Shown here: one piece after another, positions 24,114 to 30,795 of the stretch
Position numbering within the stretch: position 1 is the stretch's first letter
Layout of the letters: each line of letters opens with the position of its first letter
DNA from: a virus
Lineage: Duplodnaviria; Caudoviricetes
Length of the DNA: 30,795 nt
IMG/VR virus record: IMGVR_UViG_3300050162_000031
Span: 1 to 30,795 of that record
Reading direction: 5' to 3' (one strand)
Program-made: the position numbers and the translations under genes
The notes under the pieces: generated by a model
What the model was told of the DNA's origin: nothing
Seen by the model: the letters and a program-made list of their open reading frames with translations, nothing else
Databases searched by the model: none

Positions 24114-24388
24114 CTCGCCAAATCCCAAACCGACCGCGCAGCTGGGACGTGCGCCGTCCACTGCTGCACCCACCTATGCGAAAAGCCAGCCGGCTCCACC
24201 AGCGGGACCGGGCGGGGTTTCACCAGCCCCATCTGCTGCGCCCGCTTGCGGATGGCCTCCTGAGTCCTGTTTGGGAGCGTTACATTCGGAAATAAAAGAC
24301 GGATGTGCACCAATTCTGCCTCGGTCCAGTGGCTCCACCTGCGGTCTGTCTTGCGAACTGGCGAATAAATCTTGCGTTTCTTGGTCAT
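24110..24388 (-). CDS. Myb/SANT-like HTH protein
   Basis: WTEAE...LPNRTQEAIRKRAQQMGL. Confidence 0.6.
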   Translation of the reverse strand: MTKKRKIYSPVRKTDRRWSHWTEAELVHIRLLFPNVTLPNRTQEAIRKRAQQMGLVKPRPVPLVEPAGFSHRWVQQWTAHVPAARSVWDLAR

Positions 24389-24515
24389 TTCCGGCCTGTT
24401 TCCTGTTGATTTTTGTGGGCGCACCTGCTAGGGCGCGGTAGCAGTCCGGGCCATAGGCTCGACCGGCCAGCCAATGGGGCGCGTCAATGTAGCGGTGGCA
24501 TTTTGTACAGCGCAT
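24174..24515 (-). CDS. Zn-finger protein (CxxC...GPxC)
   Basis: MRCTKCHR...GRAYGPDC; start coupled to the upstream TGA; C-terminal half overlaps the next gene. Confidence 0.55.
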   Translation of the reverse strand: MRCTKCHRYIDAPHWLAGRAYGPDCYRALAGAPTKINRKQAGNDQETQDLFASSQDRPQVEPLDRGRIGAHPSFISECNAPKQDSGGHPQAGAADGAGETPPGPAGGAGWLFA

Positions 24516-24703
24516 CAGTGACGGGGGCTGGTCTGGTCTTCCATGTCCACCGCGAGGCTGAAGTCGTCCAGCTCGTCAGCCAGGGCCGCCAGCTCGTTTG
24601 CGACGTGTGCGCGGACGGCACATTGCGGAGAGGAGTGGGCAATGTCCAGGGCTGCGCTGCGCAGGTCGGCGGTGAGGCGGGCTAGGCGTTCGGGGAGGGT
24701 CAT
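24515..24703 (-). CDS. Hypothetical helical protein
   Basis: ATG at 24703 is ATGA-coupled; [15 protein letters not shown]... Confidence 0.55.
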   Translation of the reverse strand: MTLPERLARLTADLRSAALDIAHSSPQCAVRAHVANELAALADELDDFSLAVDMEDQTSPRH

Positions 24704-24936
24704 TTTGGGAGCCACCAGCGGGCGGTCCATTTGATGTCGGATTGCATAGGGGCGGGCGTTAGCAAAATTGGGGTGCTTCGCTCTGACATATTGGCGAGAC
24801 TCCACTGCTTTCCGTCCCACCAGCGGAGCAGGTCTGTCTCCCGTGGCGGATAGTCGGCAGGCCACCACCCCACCTCTGGGGGCGGGCCGGAGAACCATTT
24901 GACTTGTCCTGGGTGGGGTGGGGGGATGTATTTCAT
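24700..24936 (-). CDS. Hypothetical Trp/Pro-rich protein
   Basis: ATGA-coupled; [14 protein letters not shown]...RWWDGKQWS. Confidence 0.6.
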   Translation of the reverse strand: MKYIPPPHPGQVKWFSGPPPEVGWWPADYPPRETDLLRWWDGKQWSLANMSERSTPILLTPAPMQSDIKWTARWWLPK

Positions 24937-25202
24937 GCTTCGCTTCCCGTTGCTTTTGCGATGGCTGCGCGGGCCACGGCGATAGCTGGGCACGTCGGCT
25001 CATCGTGGCATGCGACCATCTGCTGCAACGCTTCCAAAAGCTCAGGCGCGGCGGCGATCAGGCGGGCGTCATTGAAACCGGATGAGACTACACCGATGCA
25101 GTGTGATTCTTGGCCATCTGGGAACAGCTTCCGGATTACAACGGCGCTTGAGTTGTTGACGTAGGTAGACCAAGGGCCCCGAGTACGTGTGTGGTTCATC
25201 AT
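24933..25202 (-). CDS. Conserved phage hypothetical protein
   Basis: T.GPW...[15 protein letters not shown]...ARAAIAKA family pattern; GGAG SD. Confidence 0.75.
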   Translation of the reverse strand: MMNHTRTRGPWSTYVNNSSAVVIRKLFPDGQESHCIGVVSSGFNDARLIAAAPELLEALQQMVACHDEPTCPAIAVARAAIAKATGSEA

Positions 25203-25215
25203 TTTGTGCTCCGTT

Positions 25216-25256
25216 ATTGATGCCTCAATTATGGCGACACCCAGCCGCCGACACAA
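25216..25256 (-). promoter_or_regulatory. Sigma70-like promoter
   Basis: TTGTGT-17 nt-CATAAT-tgagg-CATCAAT. Confidence 0.55.
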
Positions 25257-25265
25257 GCAAAGCCC

Positions 25266-25760
25266 CTACAGCCCAGTCGGGAACCACGAGGCCGACATAG
25301 ACCGCCAGTGCCGCCCGCTGAGGGCATTGTCAATGGTCTGCTTGTGCACGCCCATGTAGCGGGCCAGATCGGCACTGGGCATGGGGCTTTGCGCCAGCAG
25401 GGCCACGATTGAGGGCGTGAGCTTTGCGGTGGCGTGGCGTGCGGTGCGCAGTGATTTTGCGCGGGCCATTTTTGTGGACAGCAGGAGATTTTCTGCGGTG
25501 CGCTGCTGTAGGTCTTTGCGGGTGACGGCGGCGAGGTGCCACGGGGCGACGCACAGCGGTGATTCGCACGTGTTGGTGGCCAGCTTGCCGGTCATGTCGT
25601 GGCCGGTGGCTTGGAGCACCCATCGGCGCACGGATGCGGTTTTGCTTGATCCAGGCGGGCGGAAAGTAGGCGTCGTGCCGCACTGCTGGACGCACCCGAG
25701 CCAGACCCAGCAGCCGCCGTCTTCGCGGCATCGGGGGAGGATGAGGGATTGGGGGGTCAT
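25266..25760 (-). CDS. Degenerate HNH-fold protein with C-terminal HTH
   Basis: GCWVWLG and TCESPLCVAPWHL skeleton plus AKLT...DLARYMGVHKQTIDNALSGRHW. Confidence 0.7.
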   Translation of the reverse strand: MTPQSLILPRCREDGGCWVWLGCVQQCGTTPTFRPPGSSKTASVRRWVLQATGHDMTGKLATNTCESPLCVAPWHLAAVTRKDLQQRTAENLLLSTKMARAKSLRTARHATAKLTPSIVALLAQSPMPSADLARYMGVHKQTIDNALSGRHWRSMSASWFPTGL

Positions 25761-25761
25761 G

Positions 25762-25989
25762 TCAAATGGCCGAAGTCAACGGCAGGGCGGCAAACGCTTT
25801 GCAGCCAGCGCGGACATCGTCGAATGTTTCGTAGTACTTGCCGCCGCCCGTGTTCCCGCGCAGCGCCAGGCGGCGAGAAGACACGAACCACTTGCCGCCC
25901 AGCCGTTGGAGACAGTATTGCGTGCCCTTGCTGGTCGTGGTCACGTACTTGGTGCCGTTGTGGATAGCGGTTTCGTAGGCTGCTTGCAT
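25762..25989 (-). CDS. Hypothetical protein, first gene of the leftward arm
   Basis: ATG at 25989 with GGAG SD, downstream of TGg-CAAAAT (26026-26021). Confidence 0.65.
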   Translation of the reverse strand: MQAAYETAIHNGTKYVTTTSKGTQYCLQRLGGKWFVSSRRLALRGNTGGGKYYETFDDVRAGCKAFAALPLTSAI

Positions 25990-26080
25990 GTTGCGCTCCA
26001 GTTCGTGTGTCGATGACTGCATTTTGCCACCATCACCGCCCGGTGAACAAGAGAAAGCCCCTTCGGATTGGTCTGGCTTT

Positions 26081-26344
26081 TTCAAATAGCATCACCTAAC
26101 ACTTTCAAAACCTGCGCTAAGTCCTTGATTCATAAGGGGAGGGGACATAGGATATTCAAAAAGAGAGATCTCATTAGAGATCTTACGATCTCCTTTTAAG
26201 GGTGCGGGGGGATGTAAAGGACTGTGTTTATTTTTGATTGCGAATGGCCGGGAGAGTGTGTCTTGGGCCTACAAGTGTGGATGCGCATAAATTTGTATCG
26301 CCCCAGCTATTTGAACTAAGTATCTAAGTACTTGATTCATAAGG
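26081..26344. repeat. Repeat-rich divergent intergenic region, candidate replication origin
   Basis: 21-bp direct repeat with one mismatch (26117-26137, 26324-26344); 10-bp inverted repeat (26081-26090, 26306-26315); three clustered GATC; AT-rich relative to the flanks. Confidence 0.6.
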
Positions 26345-26478
26345 ACTTTTTTAGCAATGCTATAGCTAGGCTTTGCTATCCTATGAACGCGGCGCGTTAA
26401 GTTTTGGCACTTATCCCCAAAAAAACAGGGTTAAAGGGCGTGTTATGCTGTGACATCTATCACGCAAGGAGTGCACAC

Positions 26479-26718
26479 ATGCCGGAGTTTTCGATCACAG
26501 ACCACCCCGTCGACTTTGAGGCCGCAAGCAAGCCCCCCGCAGGCGACCGCTACGGGTTCGCCAGCTTGGGGGTGGGCCAGACCATCCTGATCACGCCCTC
26601 CGACGATTCCGTGCAGCGCATCCGGGGCCTGATCCATTCGCACGCGTCGTACTACCGCAAAAAGTTCGCGATGAAGACTCACGAGAAGACCAGCCTCTAC
26701 GTCAAGCGGACCAAGTAA
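26479..26718 (+). CDS. Small basic putative DNA-binding protein
   Basis: AAGGAG SD; RYGFASLGVGQTI...KKF...LYVKRTK pattern; TGt-TATGCT at 26441-26449. Confidence 0.7.
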   Translation: MPEFSITDHPVDFEAASKPPAGDRYGFASLGVGQTILITPSDDSVQRIRGLIHSHASYYRKKFAMKTHEKTSLYVKRTK

Positions 26719-26726
26719 GCGACCCC

Positions 26727-29084
26727 ATGCAGACAACATACAAAGAGGCCCTAGAGGCCGGTTGGATCGTATTCCCCCTGCACCCCATCACGCGAGACCA
26801 CATAGGAGGCCTTCAATGCGCCTGTGGCGACCCCAAATGCGCCGCCATAGGCAAGCACCCACGCGCCGCGAATTGGCAGCACACGGGCGTTTTTGACGCG
26901 CAGCAGTTGGATTACCTCGAAGACGATGCCGGGCATTTTTTTGGCAATCAACTGCTGCGCCACCACGGCGTGCTGCTCCCGGCGTCCGGCCTGCTGGTCG
27001 TGGACGTGGACGGCCGTAATGGCGGATGGCCCAGCGCCGAGAAGCTGGCCCATGTGCGTGCCCAGGCCGCGTACATCGTGCAGTCAGGGTCGGGCAATGG
27101 GGAGCACTGGTATTTCCTCGTGCCGCCAGACTGGCGCGGCCGGAGTCTGGTCACAAGCCTGGACGACTATCCTGGGATTGATTTCAAAAGCACCGGTTTT
27201 GTGGTGGGCTCATGCTGCGACCACGCCAGCGGCCGACAGTACCAGACCATCCACGGGCACCCATGTGACGTGGACTACGCCCCATCCGAACTGCTGACCC
27301 TGCTTGACCGCCCAGAGCGCACCCGGTTTGTGCTGGACGGCGCTGCAATCGACTACAGCCATGACGACCTGACCGGGATCGTGATGGCGATTCGCAACAG
27401 TGGCCGCGACTATGAGCGGTGGATCAGGGTCGGAATGGGCGTGCATCATGCCAGCGGTGGCACAGATGCGGGGTATGCGCTATGGCACGCATGGTCGGCA
27501 CAGTGCCCGGCCCACGACGACACGCACATGCCGCAAAAGTGGCACTCATTCGGAAAATCGGCCAGTGAGGTGACGGTCGGCACGCTGATTGAGTGGGCAA
27601 GGGCAGATGGATGGTCTGCACCGGTCACATTTGCCGATGACACGGATTGGGGCGTGATCGAGGAGCCCGCACAGCCAGCGCGGGGGATTGACCTGCTCAA
27701 ACCGCCCGGCATCGTGGGGGAGGTGTGCGACTGGATCAATTCACGATGCGCCATGCCCCGTGAAAACCTGGCCGTTGCCGCTGCGCTACAGATCGTCAGC
27801 AATGCGGCGGGGCTGCATTATCTGGTCGCGGGGCGCAATACCAGCCTGAATCTGATCACCTTTGCCATTGCTGCGTCAAGGTCGGGTAAGGGCGCGGTCA
27901 AACGGTGCATCAACGAGGCAAACCGGGCATTGGGCTTGGCCAGAGCCGAGCACGGCAAATTCAAATCCTCGCAAGAGCTGGTGCGCAACGCCATCCACCA
28001 CCAGCCCGTGATCTACACGTATGACGAATTCGGCAAGCAGCTTGAAAAGCTGGCCGGGTCTAGCGGTGGCAAGACGCCTTACCTCGAAGACCTGATGGCC
28101 GAGTTGATCGCGATGTATTCGGAGGCCACTGGCGTCCACCAGGTTAGCGGCGACGTGAAGCGCGAGTTGATGGACGAGGCCGATAAAGAGATTGCACGGG
28201 CTGTCAAGTCGGCGGATTTGGGCGACGGCGAATCCCCGGCCGACTACGCCCGCGAATTCCCGGACTCCGACGTAGCGCGGGCACTTGCCCAGCGGGCGAA
28301 AGTCGAAAACGGGATTGTGGAGCCGTGGCTGTCTTTCTTTGGACTTTCTGAGCCGGGTTCGTTTGACAAGGCCATCAACAGCGACCCATGGCTGATGACC
28401 GGCGGCCTACTGGGCCGGGCGCTGATTTTTGCAGAGGCCGAAGACGTGCCCGAGGAAAAACCTGACCATCTTGTCTACAACGGCCCCATGCCCGAACACG
28501 TACTCATGCGTTTGCTGGCCATGCGGGGCGGTGGCGGGGCGTCCAATGACCCGCACGCACGCATCGAGCGCGGCGGGGACTGGCTCTACATCCGCTACGC
28601 CGACGACGGCGCCGCGATGCTGCAAAGCGTGCGGCAATACTGGCGCACGGTGGCGCTCACGGAGCGCGACACGGGCAGCGGGTTGGCTTCGCAGGCGCTG
28701 GGGGCCACGGAGCTGGTCATCAAGGTGGCGGGCATCCTTGCCGCGTCTACTGGGGTGATCACGGCGGTCGAGATGGCATGGGCGCATGAGCTGGTCAAAA
28801 AAGTGACCAATGCCAAGATCGCAAAAGCCAAAGCAGACGAAAAAATCGACTCGTCCGACTCGGAGGAGCGTGGAGATGGCCTGGTGTCCTCAATCCTGGC
28901 CGCCGTCGATGCAGCGGGCGAGATCACCCCCGGCGTGCTGCGGCAAAAGATCAGGGGCGGGCGCAAGATGGGGCCAAAGCCCATCCAAGCCGCGCTTGAC
29001 CACTTGGTCAGCACCGACCGCTTGCAGGTCGAATCGAGAACCAGTGCGAAGGGTAGGGTCTTTTCCTACTACAGCCGAAGATAA
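26727..29084 (+). CDS. Bifunctional primase-polymerase / PriCT-2 / helicase-like replication protein
   Basis: N-terminal VFPLH, CACG...C..GKHP, VVDVDGRNGG and H.YF; central YERWIRVGMGVH...W..WS...KWHSF; Walker A-like AASRSGKG and Walker B YTYDEFG. Confidence 0.9.
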   Translation: MQTTYKEALEAGWIVFPLHPITRDHIGGLQCACGDPKCAAIGKHPRAANWQHTGVFDAQQLDYLEDDAGHFFGNQLLRHHGVLLPASGLLVVDVDGRNGGWPSAEKLAHVRAQAAYIVQSGSGNGEHWYFLVPPDWRGRSLVTSLDDYPGIDFKSTGFVVGSCCDHASGRQYQTIHGHPCDVDYAPSELLTLLDRPERTRFVLDGAAIDYSHDDLTGIVMAIRNSGRDYERWIRVGMGVHHASGGTDAGYALWHAWSAQCPAHDDTHMPQKWHSFGKSASEVTVGTLIEWARADGWSAPVTFADDTDWGVIEEPAQPARGIDLLKPPGIVGEVCDWINSRCAMPRENLAVAAALQIVSNAAGLHYLVAGRNTSLNLITFAIAASRSGKGAVKRCINEANRALGLARAEHGKFKSSQELVRNAIHHQPVIYTYDEFGKQLEKLAGSSGGKTPYLEDLMAELIAMYSEATGVHQVSGDVKRELMDEADKEIARAVKSADLGDGESPADYAREFPDSDVARALAQRAKVENGIVEPWLSFFGLSEPGSFDKAINSDPWLMTGGLLGRALIFAEAEDVPEEKPDHLVYNGPMPEHVLMRLLAMRGGGGASNDPHARIERGGDWLYIRYADDGAAMLQSVRQYWRTVALTERDTGSGLASQALGATELVIKVAGILAASTGVITAVEMAWAHELVKKVTNAKIAKAKADEKIDSSDSEERGDGLVSSILAAVDAAGEITPGVLRQKIRGGRKMGPKPIQAALDHLVSTDRLQVESRTSAKGRVFSYYSRR

Positions 29085-29127
29085 ATGATATGATGGTTGC
29101 ACATCAACTGAAACGGAGCAACTCCAA

Positions 29128-29304
29128 ATGATCGAAGAACTCGTCGTCGAACTGCGCAAGCATGACCGCGTGGAAATCTGCTACAAAACCGGCGTGTCGC
29201 CGAGCACCCTGAACACCCTGATCAGCGGGGCCAACAAAAACCCGACTATCAAGACGCTGAACGCGCTGCGGAAGTTTTTGGATGAGAAGGAGGCACAGAA
29301 ATGA
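29128..29304 (+). CDS. Cro/XRE-type HTH protein (58 aa)
   Basis: Not in the ORF track. GGAG SD; MIEELVVELRKHDRVEICYKTGVSPSTLNTLISGANKNPTIKTLNALRKFLDEKEAQK; ATGA-coupled to the next gene. Confidence 0.85.
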   Translation: MIEELVVELRKHDRVEICYKTGVSPSTLNTLISGANKNPTIKTLNALRKFLDEKEAQK

Positions 29305-30128
29305 GCTTTCTTGCCAAAGCCAAAAAGCCAGAAGCCAAGCCGCCGATGATCACGCTGGTGGGCCTGCCCGGCACGGGTAAGACCACTCTTGGGGCGCTGT
29401 TCCCCGGCGCGATTGTGATCCAGTCGGAAGACGGCGCGGCTGTTTTCGAGAATTGGGACGACGACGCAAAGCCCGCCCTGATGCCCCGACTGCCCAAAGC
29501 CACCGCCGAGCGCAGCACCCGCACGGTGCTGATGCAGATGGTGCAAGAGTTGATCGACGAGGACCACGACTACCGCACGCTGGTTGTGGATTCGATCACC
29601 ACGCTTGATATGCTTTTCGGGCATGAGATCGCCCTGAGAGATGGCGTCAATACGGTGGCGGATGCGTCGGGGGGCTTTCACAAGGGCTTTGCCGAGATTG
29701 CCCAGTGGCACGCCGAATTTGTCTACAAATGCGAGCAGTTACGGGCCACCAAGAAAATGGGCATCGTGTTTCTGGCGCACAGCGGCATCAAAAAGATCCG
29801 CAACCGACCCGATTCTGCGTCCGATTACTCGGTGTTTTCGATTGGCATGGATTCGCAGTCCAGCAGCGTCTACACCAGCCAATCCGATGCGGTGCTGTAC
29901 CTGCGCAAAGACGAATTCGTGCAGGGCGCGGCGTCGAACAGTAAGGGCCAGACCACGAAATTCGGCCGCTTGATCCAGTCTGGCGACCGTAAACTCGTGA
30001 CCACTGGCGACGGCCATGTTGGCTACATTGACGCCAAAAACCGATACGGTATGCCGTCTGAAATCGACGTGCCGCACGGCGAAAACCCGATCATCCCATT
30101 CATTCGCTTTTACAACACGGAGCAATAA
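29301..30128 (+). CDS. AAA_24 / Sak4-like ATPase (recombination)
   Basis: Walker A GLPGTGKT, Walker B LVVDSIT, FLAHS and AKNRYG motifs. Confidence 0.88.
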   Translation: MSFLAKAKKPEAKPPMITLVGLPGTGKTTLGALFPGAIVIQSEDGAAVFENWDDDAKPALMPRLPKATAERSTRTVLMQMVQELIDEDHDYRTLVVDSITTLDMLFGHEIALRDGVNTVADASGGFHKGFAEIAQWHAEFVYKCEQLRATKKMGIVFLAHSGIKKIRNRPDSASDYSVFSIGMDSQSSSVYTSQSDAVLYLRKDEFVQGAASNSKGQTTKFGRLIQSGDRKLVTTGDGHVGYIDAKNRYGMPSEIDVPHGENPIIPFIRFYNTEQ

Positions 30129-30131
30129 ACC

Positions 30132-30674
30132 ATGAGCTTTTGGCAAACATCGACCGGCGAAGAAGTCCAGCAAAACGGAAGTTTTGAGAGTGGCGGCGGC
30201 ACGCTTGCGCCGATCCCTGAGAACACGGCAGTGCTGGCCAGCGCCGAGGAAGCAAGCTGGGGAGAGTATCAGGGCGACCGATACATCAATGTCAAGTGGC
30301 GCATCGCCAAACCTGCCGAGTACGCAAACCGCGTGATTTTCCAGAAAATCCGCGTACTGGATCAAGACCAGGCGAAAGCCGACAAGGCCAAGCGAATGCT
30401 GGCCGCGATCAGCACGAACGCGGGCGGCGCGTTGTTTGCTTCGATGCAGAAAAACCGCGAGCAGGAGCCGAGCGATCAGAGCTTGGCAACGCTGTGCAAT
30501 CGGCCGATGGTGCTCAAGCTGGGTGTGTGGGAAATGAACGACAAGACCGGCAACCACGTAAACGCCGTGTCGCCCGCCAAGGCCCCAGCCGCAGCACCGG
30601 CACCGGCGCCCAAGCCTGTGGCGAAGCCTGCGCCTGTGGCATTTGATGACGACGACGCATCGATCCCATTTTGA
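30132..30674 (+). CDS. Single-stranded DNA-binding protein (DUF669-like)
   Basis: Follows the Sak4-like gene; Pro/Ala linker and acidic tail FDDDDASIPF. Confidence 0.8.
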   Translation: MSFWQTSTGEEVQQNGSFESGGGTLAPIPENTAVLASAEEASWGEYQGDRYINVKWRIAKPAEYANRVIFQKIRVLDQDQAKADKAKRMLAAISTNAGGALFASMQKNREQEPSDQSLATLCNRPMVLKLGVWEMNDKTGNHVNAVSPAKAPAAAPAPAPKPVAKPAPVAFDDDDASIPF

Positions 30675-30678
30675 CCCC

Positions 30679-30699
30679 AGCCCCCACGGGGGCTTTTTT
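30679..30699 (+). terminator. Intrinsic terminator after the SSB gene
   Basis: AGCCCC-cacg-GGGGCT followed by a T-run. Confidence 0.8.
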
Positions 30700-30734
30700 A
30701 CTTGCCCCATCAACACACGGAGCATCCCCCTATC

Positions 30735-30795
30735 ATGACCGAACAACGCACCCCCGCCTGGCACGCCCAGCGCGCCGGGAGAATCACCGGCTCCC
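30735..30795 (+). CDS. YqaJ / lambda-exonuclease family protein (5' part only)
   Basis: MTEQRTPAWHAQRAGRITGS matches the 'QRT..W...R.G.IT.S' N-terminus; follows Sak4 and SSB. Confidence 0.8.
   Translation, partial: MTEQRTPAWHAQRAGRITGS

Noticed and set aside
29739-30764. 341-aa - strand ORF
   Set aside because: Antisense to the Sak4-like and SSB genes; no motifs.
1-30795. CRISPR array, integrase, transposase, reverse transcriptase/DGR, alternative genetic code
   Set aside because: No regularly spaced repeats or such motifs seen; core genes are full length in the standard code.

Overview
A 30.8-kb stretch of a GC-rich tailed dsDNA phage with a contractile tail; the host is probably a proteobacterium (inference). 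Positions 1-21508 (- strand) hold the whole morphogenesis and lysis block. In transcription order these are TerS, TerL, a three-gene accessory insert, DUF1073-type portal, gp7/Mu-F head protein, DUF2213 protease/scaffold, decoration protein, DUF2184-type capsid, neck genes, DUF3383-type sheath, tube, a tail chaperone with a -1 frameshift, a short tape measure, baseplate, a very short collar-type fibre, two membrane proteins and the start of an M15-type endolysin. Positions 21517-25989 (-) hold small accessory ORFs. A repeat-rich divergent intergenic region (possible origin) lies at about 26030-26440. The + strand then carries a replication/recombination module: Prim-Pol/PriCT-2/helicase, HTH, Sak4-like ATPase, SSB-like protein and the start of a YqaJ-like exonuclease. 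The most unusual signals are: (i) a cluster of highly structured non-coding RNAs just upstream of the late genes, made of two abutting tRNA-shaped modules (22882-23175), one with three potential kissing-loop pairs, and a separate pseudoknotted multibranch leader (21985-22082); (ii) a fusion of an RBP-like domain and an alpha/beta-hydrolase inserted between TerL and portal; (iii) internal -10 promoters, three of which predict leaderless mRNAs; (iv) a perfect CRP-type core over the lysis promoter. All family names come from motif recognition by eye and all RNA folds from manual base-pairing. No database search or folding program was run.
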